A stretch of 18,430 nucleotides of DNA from Oligoflexales bacterium (GCA_044236265.1 JBIIGV010000058.1:1-18430); one strand, 5' to 3'; positions 1 through 7,170 are shown, counted from the stretch's first letter. Notes: a model not told the origin generated them from the letters alone. Translations and numbers: made by a program.

Positions 1-365
1 CGAAACTGTGAGAAGCCTTTGTAAACACGCGGGTGAAAATCAACATTCTCTAGAGCTCCCTCGTCTTCGAAGCGAGCAACAATCGTTTGCGATACGGCCT
101 GTTCTGCATCCAGAGAGATATTGCCTCTGAATTTCTCAATGACGCGCAGTCCATCTTGCCTGACTTTAAGTGTAAATTTGAGATCGGCTTCTAAATCGAC
201 TTGACCTTGACCGAGCGTAGACGAAGTATCTCCGTCCGACTGACAGTGTATCCTAACTTTCTCGCCCTGCAACTGCTCATCATCCCCGCCTTGATCAGCA
301 AGCACAACTGACGAATTCACCGCGATCATCGCTCCAAGAACTCCCAACATAGTTTTAATTCTCAT
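1..365 (-). CDS. Secreted hypothetical protein, 3' end runs off the window
   Basis: Not in the ORF track because it is truncated. Minus strand reads AAAAGGAGAAT ATG ATG AGA ATT..., giving (M)MRIKTMLGVLGAMIAVNSSVVLA|DQGGDDEQLQGEKVRIHCQSD...FHPRVYKGFSQF. The frame is open to position 1, with an AGGAG SD and a Sec-type signal peptide. The start is 365 or 368. Confidence 0.8.
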   Translation of the reverse strand, partial: MRIKTMLGVLGAMIAVNSSVVLADQGGDDEQLQGEKVRIHCQSDGDTSSTLGQGQVDLEADLKFTLKVRQDGLRVIEKFRGNISLDAEQAVSQTIVARFEDEGALENVDFHPRVYKGFSQF

Positions 366-587
366 CATATTCTCCTTTTCGAATTTTTAAGGGATCACTT
401 TGACCCCGCACAACTCGACTAAACAAATTACTGCGGTGAGTCTATCCAGCCCATCACCCATTTTCTGGCTGGTGATCATAATGAATCTGGAAGCTGTGCG
501 ATTTCGTCTTGAGTGTGGAAATTTTTCACGCAATGACCTGATTTCAAAAATTTGCTAGGCATGACCCCAGGCCACAAGGAGGTCATC

Positions 588-1076
588 ATGTGCAAATTCA
601 TAAACACTAGACTTTTAATGAGCATGCTTGCGCTAATTGTGCCCAAAGTGACGCACGCCGCGTCGCAACTAAAGTTATCACAACCATACATGACTCGATG
701 TCTTTCGTCAGAGGCAGGTCCATTCACGAAAGTCGATTTCAGGAAAGACCGCACCGATGGCCTGATCTCAATGCAAGTAACAGTCGTGCTGGGATTCACG
801 GATCGATGGCTCCACATACCAGCACTCGGTAAAAATGTTTTGACACCCGAGCCTTCAAGCTGGGATTTGTATAAAATCACGGCAAGCCCGATCGAGGGGC
901 AGGAGTTGAACTGGTTTGGCATTTCCGATCAAGGCGTCGAGACGGGATACAACGGAACCGTGCTGCCCGGATTTCTCGATATCAAGATGCCCTCAGGAGA
1001 ATCCCACCGCTTCATGCTTGAATGCTATGAGTTGCCGGATCACTATTGGAGGGCTCCAGAATCGCACAAAAGATAA
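588..1076 (+). CDS. Secreted hypothetical protein (162 aa)
   Basis: Strong SD AAGGAGGT (576-583) precedes ATG 588, which is preferred over TTG 552. N-terminus MCKFINTRLLMSMLALIVPKVTHAA looks like a signal peptide. The mature part has two Cys near its ends. Confidence 0.7.
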   Translation: MCKFINTRLLMSMLALIVPKVTHAASQLKLSQPYMTRCLSSEAGPFTKVDFRKDRTDGLISMQVTVVLGFTDRWLHIPALGKNVLTPEPSSWDLYKITASPIEGQELNWFGISDQGVETGYNGTVLPGFLDIKMPSGESHRFMLECYELPDHYWRAPESHKR

Positions 1077-1179
1077 AAATCCACCGTGAGCTCACTCAGG
1101 GAGTCAAGCAAGCTCAGATGGATTAAAGACTTAATTCAGTAGGCACCAATTTTGGAATGATCACGGAATCTAAGTGCTA

Positions 1180-1194
1180 CTTCGTAGGACGAAG
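1180..1194 (-). terminator. Short hairpin just after the stop of 1197..1589 (possible weak terminator or 3' stabiliser)
   Basis: CTTCGT-AGG-ACGAAG inverted repeat 2 nt past the stop codon; no clear U-tract. Confidence 0.3.
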
Positions 1195-1196
1195 CC

Positions 1197-1589
1197 TTAT
1201 CCCTTCACGTGACGGTCGTCGGTTTGATACATCCGCGGCAACCCACGCGCTTCTCTGATCAGGAAGGCCTGCTGATTACGCAAATAACGAACGACGTTTT
1301 GGCTATCTGGATTCATTCTCAATTTGTCGATCTCATTTTGAATGTCATTGATCCGCTCAATGTCATTGGTCTTTTGATAGATCTGATCGAGAATGCCGTT
1401 AAATTGATTTTTTTCCTCTTCCGATAACCCCGTGGTGTTGGTGTAACGGTGATATTGACTGACCGTGTTGGGCTCAGTATCTACCAAAACGGTTCCGTCG
1501 ACACGACGCTCAACCACGACGCCAGGCTCAGTGTAGTTTCCTGAGCGGGACACGATATCCCCAATGTTTACATTTTTTACCGGACCCAT
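1197..1589 (-). CDS. Hypothetical protein (130 aa), paralog of 1659..2033
   Basis: SD GGGAGG precedes the ATG; full-length similarity to the neighbouring ORF. Confidence 0.85.
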   Translation of the reverse strand: MGPVKNVNIGDIVSRSGNYTEPGVVVERRVDGTVLVDTEPNTVSQYHRYTNTTGLSEEEKNQFNGILDQIYQKTNDIERINDIQNEIDKLRMNPDSQNVVRYLRNQQAFLIREARGLPRMYQTDDRHVKG

Positions 1590-1658
1590 TGTACCCTCCC
1601 TGATGTTTTAAAACTTTCATTGCAAACAAATCAAACTCACGCGTCACCATCCATGGCG

Positions 1659-2033
1659 TCAGCGTACTTTCCCCTCTTCAGTGTTATAAAATCTCGGCTT
1701 GATGCCCTTGATGTTCATCAAATGACGCACCTCACCTTCGAGATATTGAACGAGCTTGGTGTTTTTTGGATCCACCTTCAGCTCCTCAATCTTGGATTGC
1801 AAAAATCCAACGCGTTCAGAATTGTCGCTGTCGCTCATCACTTCATCCATGATCGCATTGAACTGCTCACGAGATTCAGGGGCCAAGCCATTAATCAGAC
1901 CGTGTCGGGTAGCCACTTGAAACGCCTTAAAATCCTGATCGACTTTCAACGTCGATTTAGCCTCATCCCGGCCTACGACAACCGATGGTGAGCCGGACGG
2001 CGAAAATACTGTGTCACCTACTCGAAAAGCCAT
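1659..2033 (-). CDS. Hypothetical protein (124 aa), paralog of 1197..1589
   Basis: G-rich SD upstream; starts FRVGDTV (KOW/SH3-like); full-length similarity to the downstream ORF. Confidence 0.85.
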   Translation of the reverse strand: MAFRVGDTVFSPSGSPSVVVGRDEAKSTLKVDQDFKAFQVATRHGLINGLAPESREQFNAIMDEVMSDSDNSERVGFLQSKIEELKVDPKNTKLVQYLEGEVRHLMNIKGIKPRFYNTEEGKVR

Positions 2034-2194
2034 TAGAGACGCCCCCGCCTGAAATTACAGGTTCTTCCATTCTTCATCATAACCGACCCCAAAACTCGCT
2101 TCAAGTATCTGAAATTATGAATATTTTGCCCATTTCCCCGGGCACTTTTTACCTACCTAAAACGGCTATTTTTGAGGGGGGTGCTAAAAAAAAG

Positions 2195-2221
2195 TAAAGA
2201 ATTCAATTGGAATTCCGAATG
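2195..2221 (+). promoter_or_regulatory. Putative sigma28 (FliA)-type promoter
   Basis: TAAAGAAT-N11-TCCGAATG versus consensus TAAAGTTT-N11-GCCGATAA: exact spacing, TAAAG and CCGA cores intact, and followed directly by a 5' hairpin. Confidence 0.55.
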
Positions 2222-2231
2222 TCTTTAAAGA

Positions 2232-2273
2232 GCTTGGGGGAGAAGGCCTCCAAGCCCTCCAACAAACAGGAGG
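2232..2273 (+). promoter_or_regulatory. Structured 5' leader: two hairpins, the second sequestering GGAGG
   Basis: GCTTGGGGG-agaagg-CCTCCAAGC (2232-2255, 9 bp with one GU pair), then CCTCC-aacaaaca-GGAGG (2256-2273). Confidence 0.5.
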
Positions 2274-2281
2274 CGTGCCGC

Positions 2282-2293
2282 ATGCGGTACTGA
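2282..2293 (+). other. Candidate 3-codon upstream ORF (Met-Arg-Tyr-stop), in frame with the 2300 CDS
   Basis: AGGAGG (2268-2273), 8 nt, then ATG CGG TAC TGA ACG GCT ATG(2300). Confidence 0.45.
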
Positions 2294-2299
2294 ACGGCT

Positions 2300-2659
2300 A
2301 TGAGCATCGTAAGGCTTGATACATTTAAACAGAAACAGCAGCGCAGCTACATGAAGCGCTACCGGTCAAGACTTGACCACTTCATTCGCGCAAGAGTTCC
2401 AGCTGACGCGGGGGGCGACATATTAAGGCTCGCAGAGCAGCAAAACAGTGCGGCGGCCGCTCATCCCGATTTAATTTGGGATTATGTTGAAATGCGAGAG
2501 ACCATGCTCGATTTCGTTGCGATTCACATTGCAGACGAGATCTATGATGAGCTGGCGCGTCAGTTTTGGTTTGATGATCGTTATGTCACCAAAGAGATGG
2601 TGGCTGAGAAATGCCTGACATTCATGATTCTAGGGCCTGCCGCCATGGCAGCCGAATAA
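2300..2659 (+). CDS. Hypothetical cytoplasmic protein (119 aa)
   Basis: ORF is bounded by a promoter-like element and a clear terminator. Composition is helical, with a basic N-terminus and an acidic C-terminal half. Confidence 0.8.
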   Translation: MSIVRLDTFKQKQQRSYMKRYRSRLDHFIRARVPADAGGDILRLAEQQNSAAAAHPDLIWDYVEMRETMLDFVAIHIADEIYDELARQFWFDDRYVTKEMVAEKCLTFMILGPAAMAAE

Positions 2660-2685
2660 AAAACCCCGGCAAGACCGGGGTTTTT
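2659..2685. terminator. Bidirectional intrinsic terminator
   Basis: AAAAA-CCCCGG-caaga-CCGGGG-TTTTT between convergent genes (2300..2659 and rpoZ). Confidence 0.9.
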
Positions 2686-2757
2686 ATTACATATCTTTTC
2701 CGCGTAGCCGCCAGTGACAGTACCACTAGCCATTCAGGTCACAACGCTTCGGAAGAA

Positions 2758-2970
2758 TCACTCTTCTCCGACGTTATTTTGAACGGGACGATCGCTCTCG
2801 ATGTTGCCATCTGCAATCTCGCGAAGAGCTGTTACGCCTTCTTTATTTTTCGTGCGTACAGTGGGAACTTGTCCTGCCATCAATTGGCGAGCACGATCCG
2901 CAGCAACGGCCACGAGGGCAAAACGGTTTTCCATATATTCTAGGCAATCTTCGATGGATACGCGGGCCAT
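2758..2970 (-). CDS. rpoZ: DNA-directed RNA polymerase subunit omega
   Basis: MARVSIEDCL..ENRFALVAVAADRARQL..G.......KNKEGVTALREIADG is the omega signature; SD AGGAG upstream. Confidence 0.97.
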   Translation of the reverse strand: MARVSIEDCLEYMENRFALVAVAADRARQLMAGQVPTVRTKNKEGVTALREIADGNIESDRPVQNNVGEE

Positions 2971-3007
2971 AGGTGCTCCTGGGCGTTAGGCTTAAAAACG
3001 AGTGGCT

Positions 3008-3038
3008 ATTATTACGTGATCGAGTTAGTGTGCGTCAA
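3008..3038 (-). promoter_or_regulatory. Possible sigma70 promoter of rpoZ
   Basis: TTGACG (3038-3033) followed 16-19 nt later by CGTAATAAT; the -10 register is ambiguous. Confidence 0.35.
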
Positions 3039-3119
3039 TGCCTAAATATAGGGCAATTGCCCATGCTTTTTAGTCCGTCAAGGATAAGATAGCAACGTTT
3101 TTTTGACGGAAAAGTTTGA

Positions 3120-4523
3120 ATGTTTGAAATAAAAACAGCCAGTTTGGCCCTGTTCATGGCCCTCCTCACCCTTTTGGGCTGCGGCCGTCAGCGGACGAGC
3201 GTGACCAATCCTGAGGAAACCTTCCTCCCTCTAACGGTTCTTGAAGGGCAGCAGCCCGAGATATACCCGTTTGGCGACGAGCGATGTCAGGCCTCTGAGA
3301 CTTCAGCCCCCGATAAATTGAACAGTGTCAAACTACAACTTTGGCACGACGGCGAAGTCAAGGACCGTGAGATTGATCTCAAGTCGCTCCAGCTAAGTGG
3401 AGCATCCTTGAATGGCCCGCACATTTCTCAGGTCACCGTGAATTCTCTATTTGAAAGACAATGTGATGCCACGAAGGCGTCACCTCCGGAGTGCCGGGAC
3501 CAGCGTGACCATCCAGCTGGATGGTTTGTTACGGAGCGCGGGCAACCACTGAAGATTTGCTCGGCCGATTCAACTCCCCCTCGTAAAAGTCTTGAACATG
3601 TGGGACTTGCAGCTGCTGTGGCCGTAGAAAAATCGGCACAGACTCTGGAAGATTTTATTCCTGAGATCAAAGCCATCGCACCGCTTGAAATTTTGGCGAT
3701 GCCACGCTTTGATACACGGTGGTCCCCCTGGTTTCACAATGGTGACAAGGGACACTATCTGACCCACGTGACTGAAAATCTCGCATATTTTCCCGAAAGC
3801 CCGGCAACGGCACCATTTATTGCAGTATTTCCAAAGTCCACGAGACATCAAGATGGAATTTATTTATGGGAGTCTGAATTTGTTTTAGCTCACGAGTTTT
3901 CTCATCATGTCGAAAGAAAACTTGGTATGGACCGCTTCGGCAAACAGGTTTCGACTATCAGACTCGCGGCTAGCGAGGCTTTTGCCGACTCCCTCGCATT
4001 TGCAAGTCAAAACGCTTCGAGCGAAACCTTAAAAGGCATACCTTGCGTCGGACAAGACCGCGACCCATCGGAGTGGGCCTTTACCAACGGCGTCGCAAAA
4101 ATAATTGACGAAGCCTTGATTAGCCGCTTGGGTGCGACATCCTCACAGTCAACAAAAGACGAACACACGAACTGTCAAGGCGTCCTACCGCAGTCAGCGC
4201 ACGGCATAGGCACGATCTTGGCACACTGGCTACATGAGTTTGCAAAAACCACTCCTGTTTACGATCGGGAACCGGGGCGCGCGCTCGCTCATTTGACCGT
4301 CACCTGGCTCGACCATTTAAATCGCAGCTTGCCCGAAGTTGAGGCAAAACCAGCCTTAGAGGTTGATCTTGCTGCCAGGTCACTTGAGGTCGCGGTTGAA
4401 AAAGAATTTAGCCAGGCCGGTGTTGATCTGACTGACAACACAAGGCTGATGCTTTGCCAAAAAATGACGCTGGCATTCCCCTTCCTGAAGGATCGCGCCT
4501 GGTTTAAGAGAACTGATTGTTAA
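3120..4523 (+). CDS. Lipoprotein, zinc metallopeptidase-like (gluzincin, M4/M36-like motifs)
   Basis: Lipobox LLG-C21. AHEFSHH (HExxH, 3891-3905); SEAFAD third-ligand motif with Glu 24 residues after the second His; NLAYFP upstream and SAHGIG downstream in the thermolysin/fungalysin order. Confidence 0.75.
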   Translation: MFEIKTASLALFMALLTLLGCGRQRTSVTNPEETFLPLTVLEGQQPEIYPFGDERCQASETSAPDKLNSVKLQLWHDGEVKDREIDLKSLQLSGASLNGPHISQVTVNSLFERQCDATKASPPECRDQRDHPAGWFVTERGQPLKICSADSTPPRKSLEHVGLAAAVAVEKSAQTLEDFIPEIKAIAPLEILAMPRFDTRWSPWFHNGDKGHYLTHVTENLAYFPESPATAPFIAVFPKSTRHQDGIYLWESEFVLAHEFSHHVERKLGMDRFGKQVSTIRLAASEAFADSLAFASQNASSETLKGIPCVGQDRDPSEWAFTNGVAKIIDEALISRLGATSSQSTKDEHTNCQGVLPQSAHGIGTILAHWLHEFAKTTPVYDREPGRALAHLTVTWLDHLNRSLPEVEAKPALEVDLAARSLEVAVEKEFSQAGVDLTDNTRLMLCQKMTLAFPFLKDRAWFKRTDC

Positions 4524-4602
4524 GACAGTGACTTCAAGCTACAATTTTCACAGAGAAAATTTTATTTACTAATACCTTAGTTTTTAAGTTCAGGGTGCCA
4601 CT

Positions 4603-6372
4603 ATGACTCGTGCAGGGATCGCGCGCATTGTCTCAGCTTCCATACTTTTCAACCTTTCATTTGTCGCAGTCGCGGAATCGAAGACATCTAAAAAGTCGCC
4701 AACGCGCTCGCAGACCTCAAAGCCCTCTGTGAAATCACAGAACAGCAGGCAACCGCAACTTTCCAAAAAAACGCCAAAAGGCGTTGTGGCCCAATTTGCT
4801 CTTGCAATGAAGCTTTATGACGCAGGTAAGTTTGCAGACGCTTTAGTGGCTTTTGACCGGATACACAGATCGTATCCAGCTCACGAACCGACGATCATTC
4901 AGTATGCCAAGACCCTGTATAAACTTGATCGCATTCCCGAGAGCTACAATCTATTTGCTCGCATCAATCCTCAGTACCTTGACCCCGAAACGTCCTATGA
5001 ATACGGCTATGCATTCTACGTGCAAAACCGCTTTGATAATGCTTTGTTCGCATTCAAGAGAGTCCCTGTGGACCACCCACTTTACGATCTTGCAAACTAT
5101 TACGGCGCCATGTGTGCCATCCGCTTGAAGAAATACGCTGATGCAGAGGAAATGCTGGACAAGGCTGTGGTGCTTCCAGACAAGCTCGCCCGCAGTAAAA
5201 ATCTCTATCAAAAACACGTGACATCGCTTCGCCAGTTGCAGGAAAAATCTGATCTTGAACGTGCCGCCGCAGAAGAAAAACAGCGTATGGCAAACGACCC
5301 TTCCAAGACTCAAGGTAAACAGCCTGCAGGTCAGCCCGCTGCTCCCACACCAGCCGCGCCACCAGCTCCCGAAAAATACTCGCATGCCGGTTTTTTTAGC
5401 GTGGACCGCCTGGTCAGCATTAGCTATCTGCAGACGAATCAGTCATCAGACCTACATGGCTATTCGCGAAAAGACTATCAAAGCCAAATTGGAATTTTTG
5501 AGTTCATGCATGGTCCCGTAGTACCCATTGGATCAAAGTGGGACGGGGATCGCAGAGCTGCGATTGGGCTGCAACTTTACCTGGCTGCATCGAGTGTGAC
5601 AACGGAAGGGGTGAAGGATCGTTTGGTCGCATACGAAGACAGTCGTGACATTGTGCACAACCTCACCGAGCGAATGCCAAAAACGACATCGACCTCAGGT
5701 GATGTTAATGGAGCAGTGTGGATTGAAACACCGCTGCCTTCTGACTGGTGGCTCGGTGTTGACGGTCACCTAGGCTTCTCCTATCCAAACTTCCAGCGCG
5801 GCCAGCGCTACGGAACGCGCGGTGCAACGGGTCGATTAGGCTGGATGAAAAATGCTCCGACAACGTGGATCGTGGAAATTCTTGGAACCTATGATCTGAT
5901 TGTCGATAGCGAAACTGAGCCAGTTACCGCACAGATGATCTCCGATAACTCCGTCACGGTGTCGTTACCATCATCGACCTCTTTCCGGCTTGGGGCAAAA
6001 TACGTTGCCTACGACTACAAATTACCCGTGTTACCAGGCCCAGACTCATCGGTTAGTGGCTCTCTGCTTGCAAAACAAAAGTTTCCACTTGGATTTGATA
6101 TCTCTTTATCCGGTACGATTGAACAGCAGACCAACTATATTGCACGAGGCCTCAGCTCGGTGGGCAGTGCATCTGCTGATGGACAGACGCTGATCGGTAT
6201 CGCTAAAATTGGAGCTATGCCGCTACCCTGGCTTGCAGTTTCTGCAAAGCATACAAGGTCAAAGGCAACCTGGACTGTCCACCAACCTGAACGAGTCGAG
6301 GCTTTTAAAGCGGCGACTTCAGACTACTCGGAAAAAACTGATTTGGTTGGTTCGTTATTGTTCTTGTTTTAA
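4603..6372 (+). CDS. Exported TPR protein with probable C-terminal outer-membrane beta-barrel
   Basis: Signal peptide (AVA|E), then an S/K/Q-rich linker and TPR-like helices (YEYGYAFYVQNRFDNALFAF, YYGAMCAIRLKKYADA). A P/A-rich linker precedes alternating amphipathic strands ending ...LVGSLLFLF with a terminal Phe. Confidence 0.75.
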   Translation: MTRAGIARIVSASILFNLSFVAVAESKTSKKSPTRSQTSKPSVKSQNSRQPQLSKKTPKGVVAQFALAMKLYDAGKFADALVAFDRIHRSYPAHEPTIIQYAKTLYKLDRIPESYNLFARINPQYLDPETSYEYGYAFYVQNRFDNALFAFKRVPVDHPLYDLANYYGAMCAIRLKKYADAEEMLDKAVVLPDKLARSKNLYQKHVTSLRQLQEKSDLERAAAEEKQRMANDPSKTQGKQPAGQPAAPTPAAPPAPEKYSHAGFFSVDRLVSISYLQTNQSSDLHGYSRKDYQSQIGIFEFMHGPVVPIGSKWDGDRRAAIGLQLYLAASSVTTEGVKDRLVAYEDSRDIVHNLTERMPKTTSTSGDVNGAVWIETPLPSDWWLGVDGHLGFSYPNFQRGQRYGTRGATGRLGWMKNAPTTWIVEILGTYDLIVDSETEPVTAQMISDNSVTVSLPSSTSFRLGAKYVAYDYKLPVLPGPDSSVSGSLLAKQKFPLGFDISLSGTIEQQTNYIARGLSSVGSASADGQTLIGIAKIGAMPLPWLAVSAKHTRSKATWTVHQPERVEAFKAATSDYSEKTDLVGSLLFLF

Positions 6373-6391
6373 CCCGTCACGGAGTTCAAAC

Positions 6392-6832
6392 ATGCAGTCT
6401 GATAGCTCATGGATTAAAAATTTGGCTCGGGCAAAGTACCAAAACGGTCAATGGATTCCAGCGGACGCTAGCTTTGCAGGCGACGCTCCGTTTGGAGCTC
6501 TAATCGAAGACATCACCCAGGCGGTGGAAACCTACAACAACCACGCGTCATCCCCAATCCGAGTGCTATCGGGAGCCTCCAAGTCACCCTTGCTATTGTC
6601 GTTGCTCCACGGTTCTGCGCAAATAAAATTTGCAAGAAATGGACAATATCTGGACATCAGCCTTCTTAAAACTCGAAACTTCCAATCGGTTGAGCTGCCT
6701 CTTGCACGTCTCAACCCGGTGATCGATATGTTTGGCCATCCAACATGGATGAGGGGATCTACTGAGTGCTCCGCAGACCAGCTCATTAAACACACGTTCA
6801 TTCAATTGCTTGAAGCGTCGCAATCGACGTAA
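6392..6832 (+). CDS. Hypothetical protein (146 aa)
   Basis: GGAG (6381-6384) precedes ATG 6392. The longer 6209 start overlaps the upstream gene and is rejected. Confidence 0.8.
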   Translation: MQSDSSWIKNLARAKYQNGQWIPADASFAGDAPFGALIEDITQAVETYNNHASSPIRVLSGASKSPLLLSLLHGSAQIKFARNGQYLDISLLKTRNFQSVELPLARLNPVIDMFGHPTWMRGSTECSADQLIKHTFIQLLEASQST

Positions 6833-6867
6833 TCTGAAAGCCGATTTGAGGAAAGGATTTCGAATCA

Positions 6868-7170
6868 ATGAAAATTAAGTTCGCAAAGCAACCAAACAGC
6901 GAGATCATCGCAGCACTGCAAAAGACCATGGACGGCCGCGCACTTGGACAGATTGTTTCTGTTCACGAAGAAGGTGGGAGCCTTGTCGTGAAAATATCAA
7001 AATTAGGAACATCAACTCTTCAGTTTGATCGCTCTGAGCAAGGTAACGATTTGATTTTTACTTTGGCTGTTGAAAAAATTGCCTTTGCGCACAAGGCGTT
7101 TAAAGATGAAGTCAAATCTAAATTTGTGCATGTGATTGAAAAATCAGGAGGCAAGGTCCTCGAGTCATGA
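6868..7170 (+). CDS. Hypothetical protein (100 aa)
   Basis: SD GAGGAAAGGA; its stop overlaps the nnr start (ATGA), implying translational coupling. Confidence 0.85.
   Translation: MKIKFAKQPNSEIIAALQKTMDGRALGQIVSVHEEGGSLVVKISKLGTSTLQFDRSEQGNDLIFTLAVEKIAFAHKAFKDEVKSKFVHVIEKSGGKVLES

Noticed and set aside
476..922. 148-aa minus-strand ORF
   Set aside because: Antisense shadow of 588..1076, which has a strong SD and a signal peptide.
2079..2104. Sigma28-like promoter for the paralog pair (TGAAG...GTCGGTTA on minus)
   Set aside because: Spacing is 3 nt short and the -10 match is weak.
1209..2197. Plus-strand ORFs 1209..1427, 1620..1991 and 1985..2197
   Set aside because: They are antisense to the paralog pair or run through its promoter region; the minus-strand frames are validated by their mutual homology.
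2291..2293. Selenocysteine readthrough at the in-frame TGA
   Set aside because: No convincing SECIS-like hairpin immediately downstream and no redox motif context.
2611..2989. ORFs 2611..2943 and 2801..2989 (+)
   Set aside because: Antisense to rpoZ; the first also crosses the terminator.
6209..6391. N-terminal extension of the 6832-ending ORF
   Set aside because: Overlaps the TPR-barrel gene; an SD supports ATG 6392.
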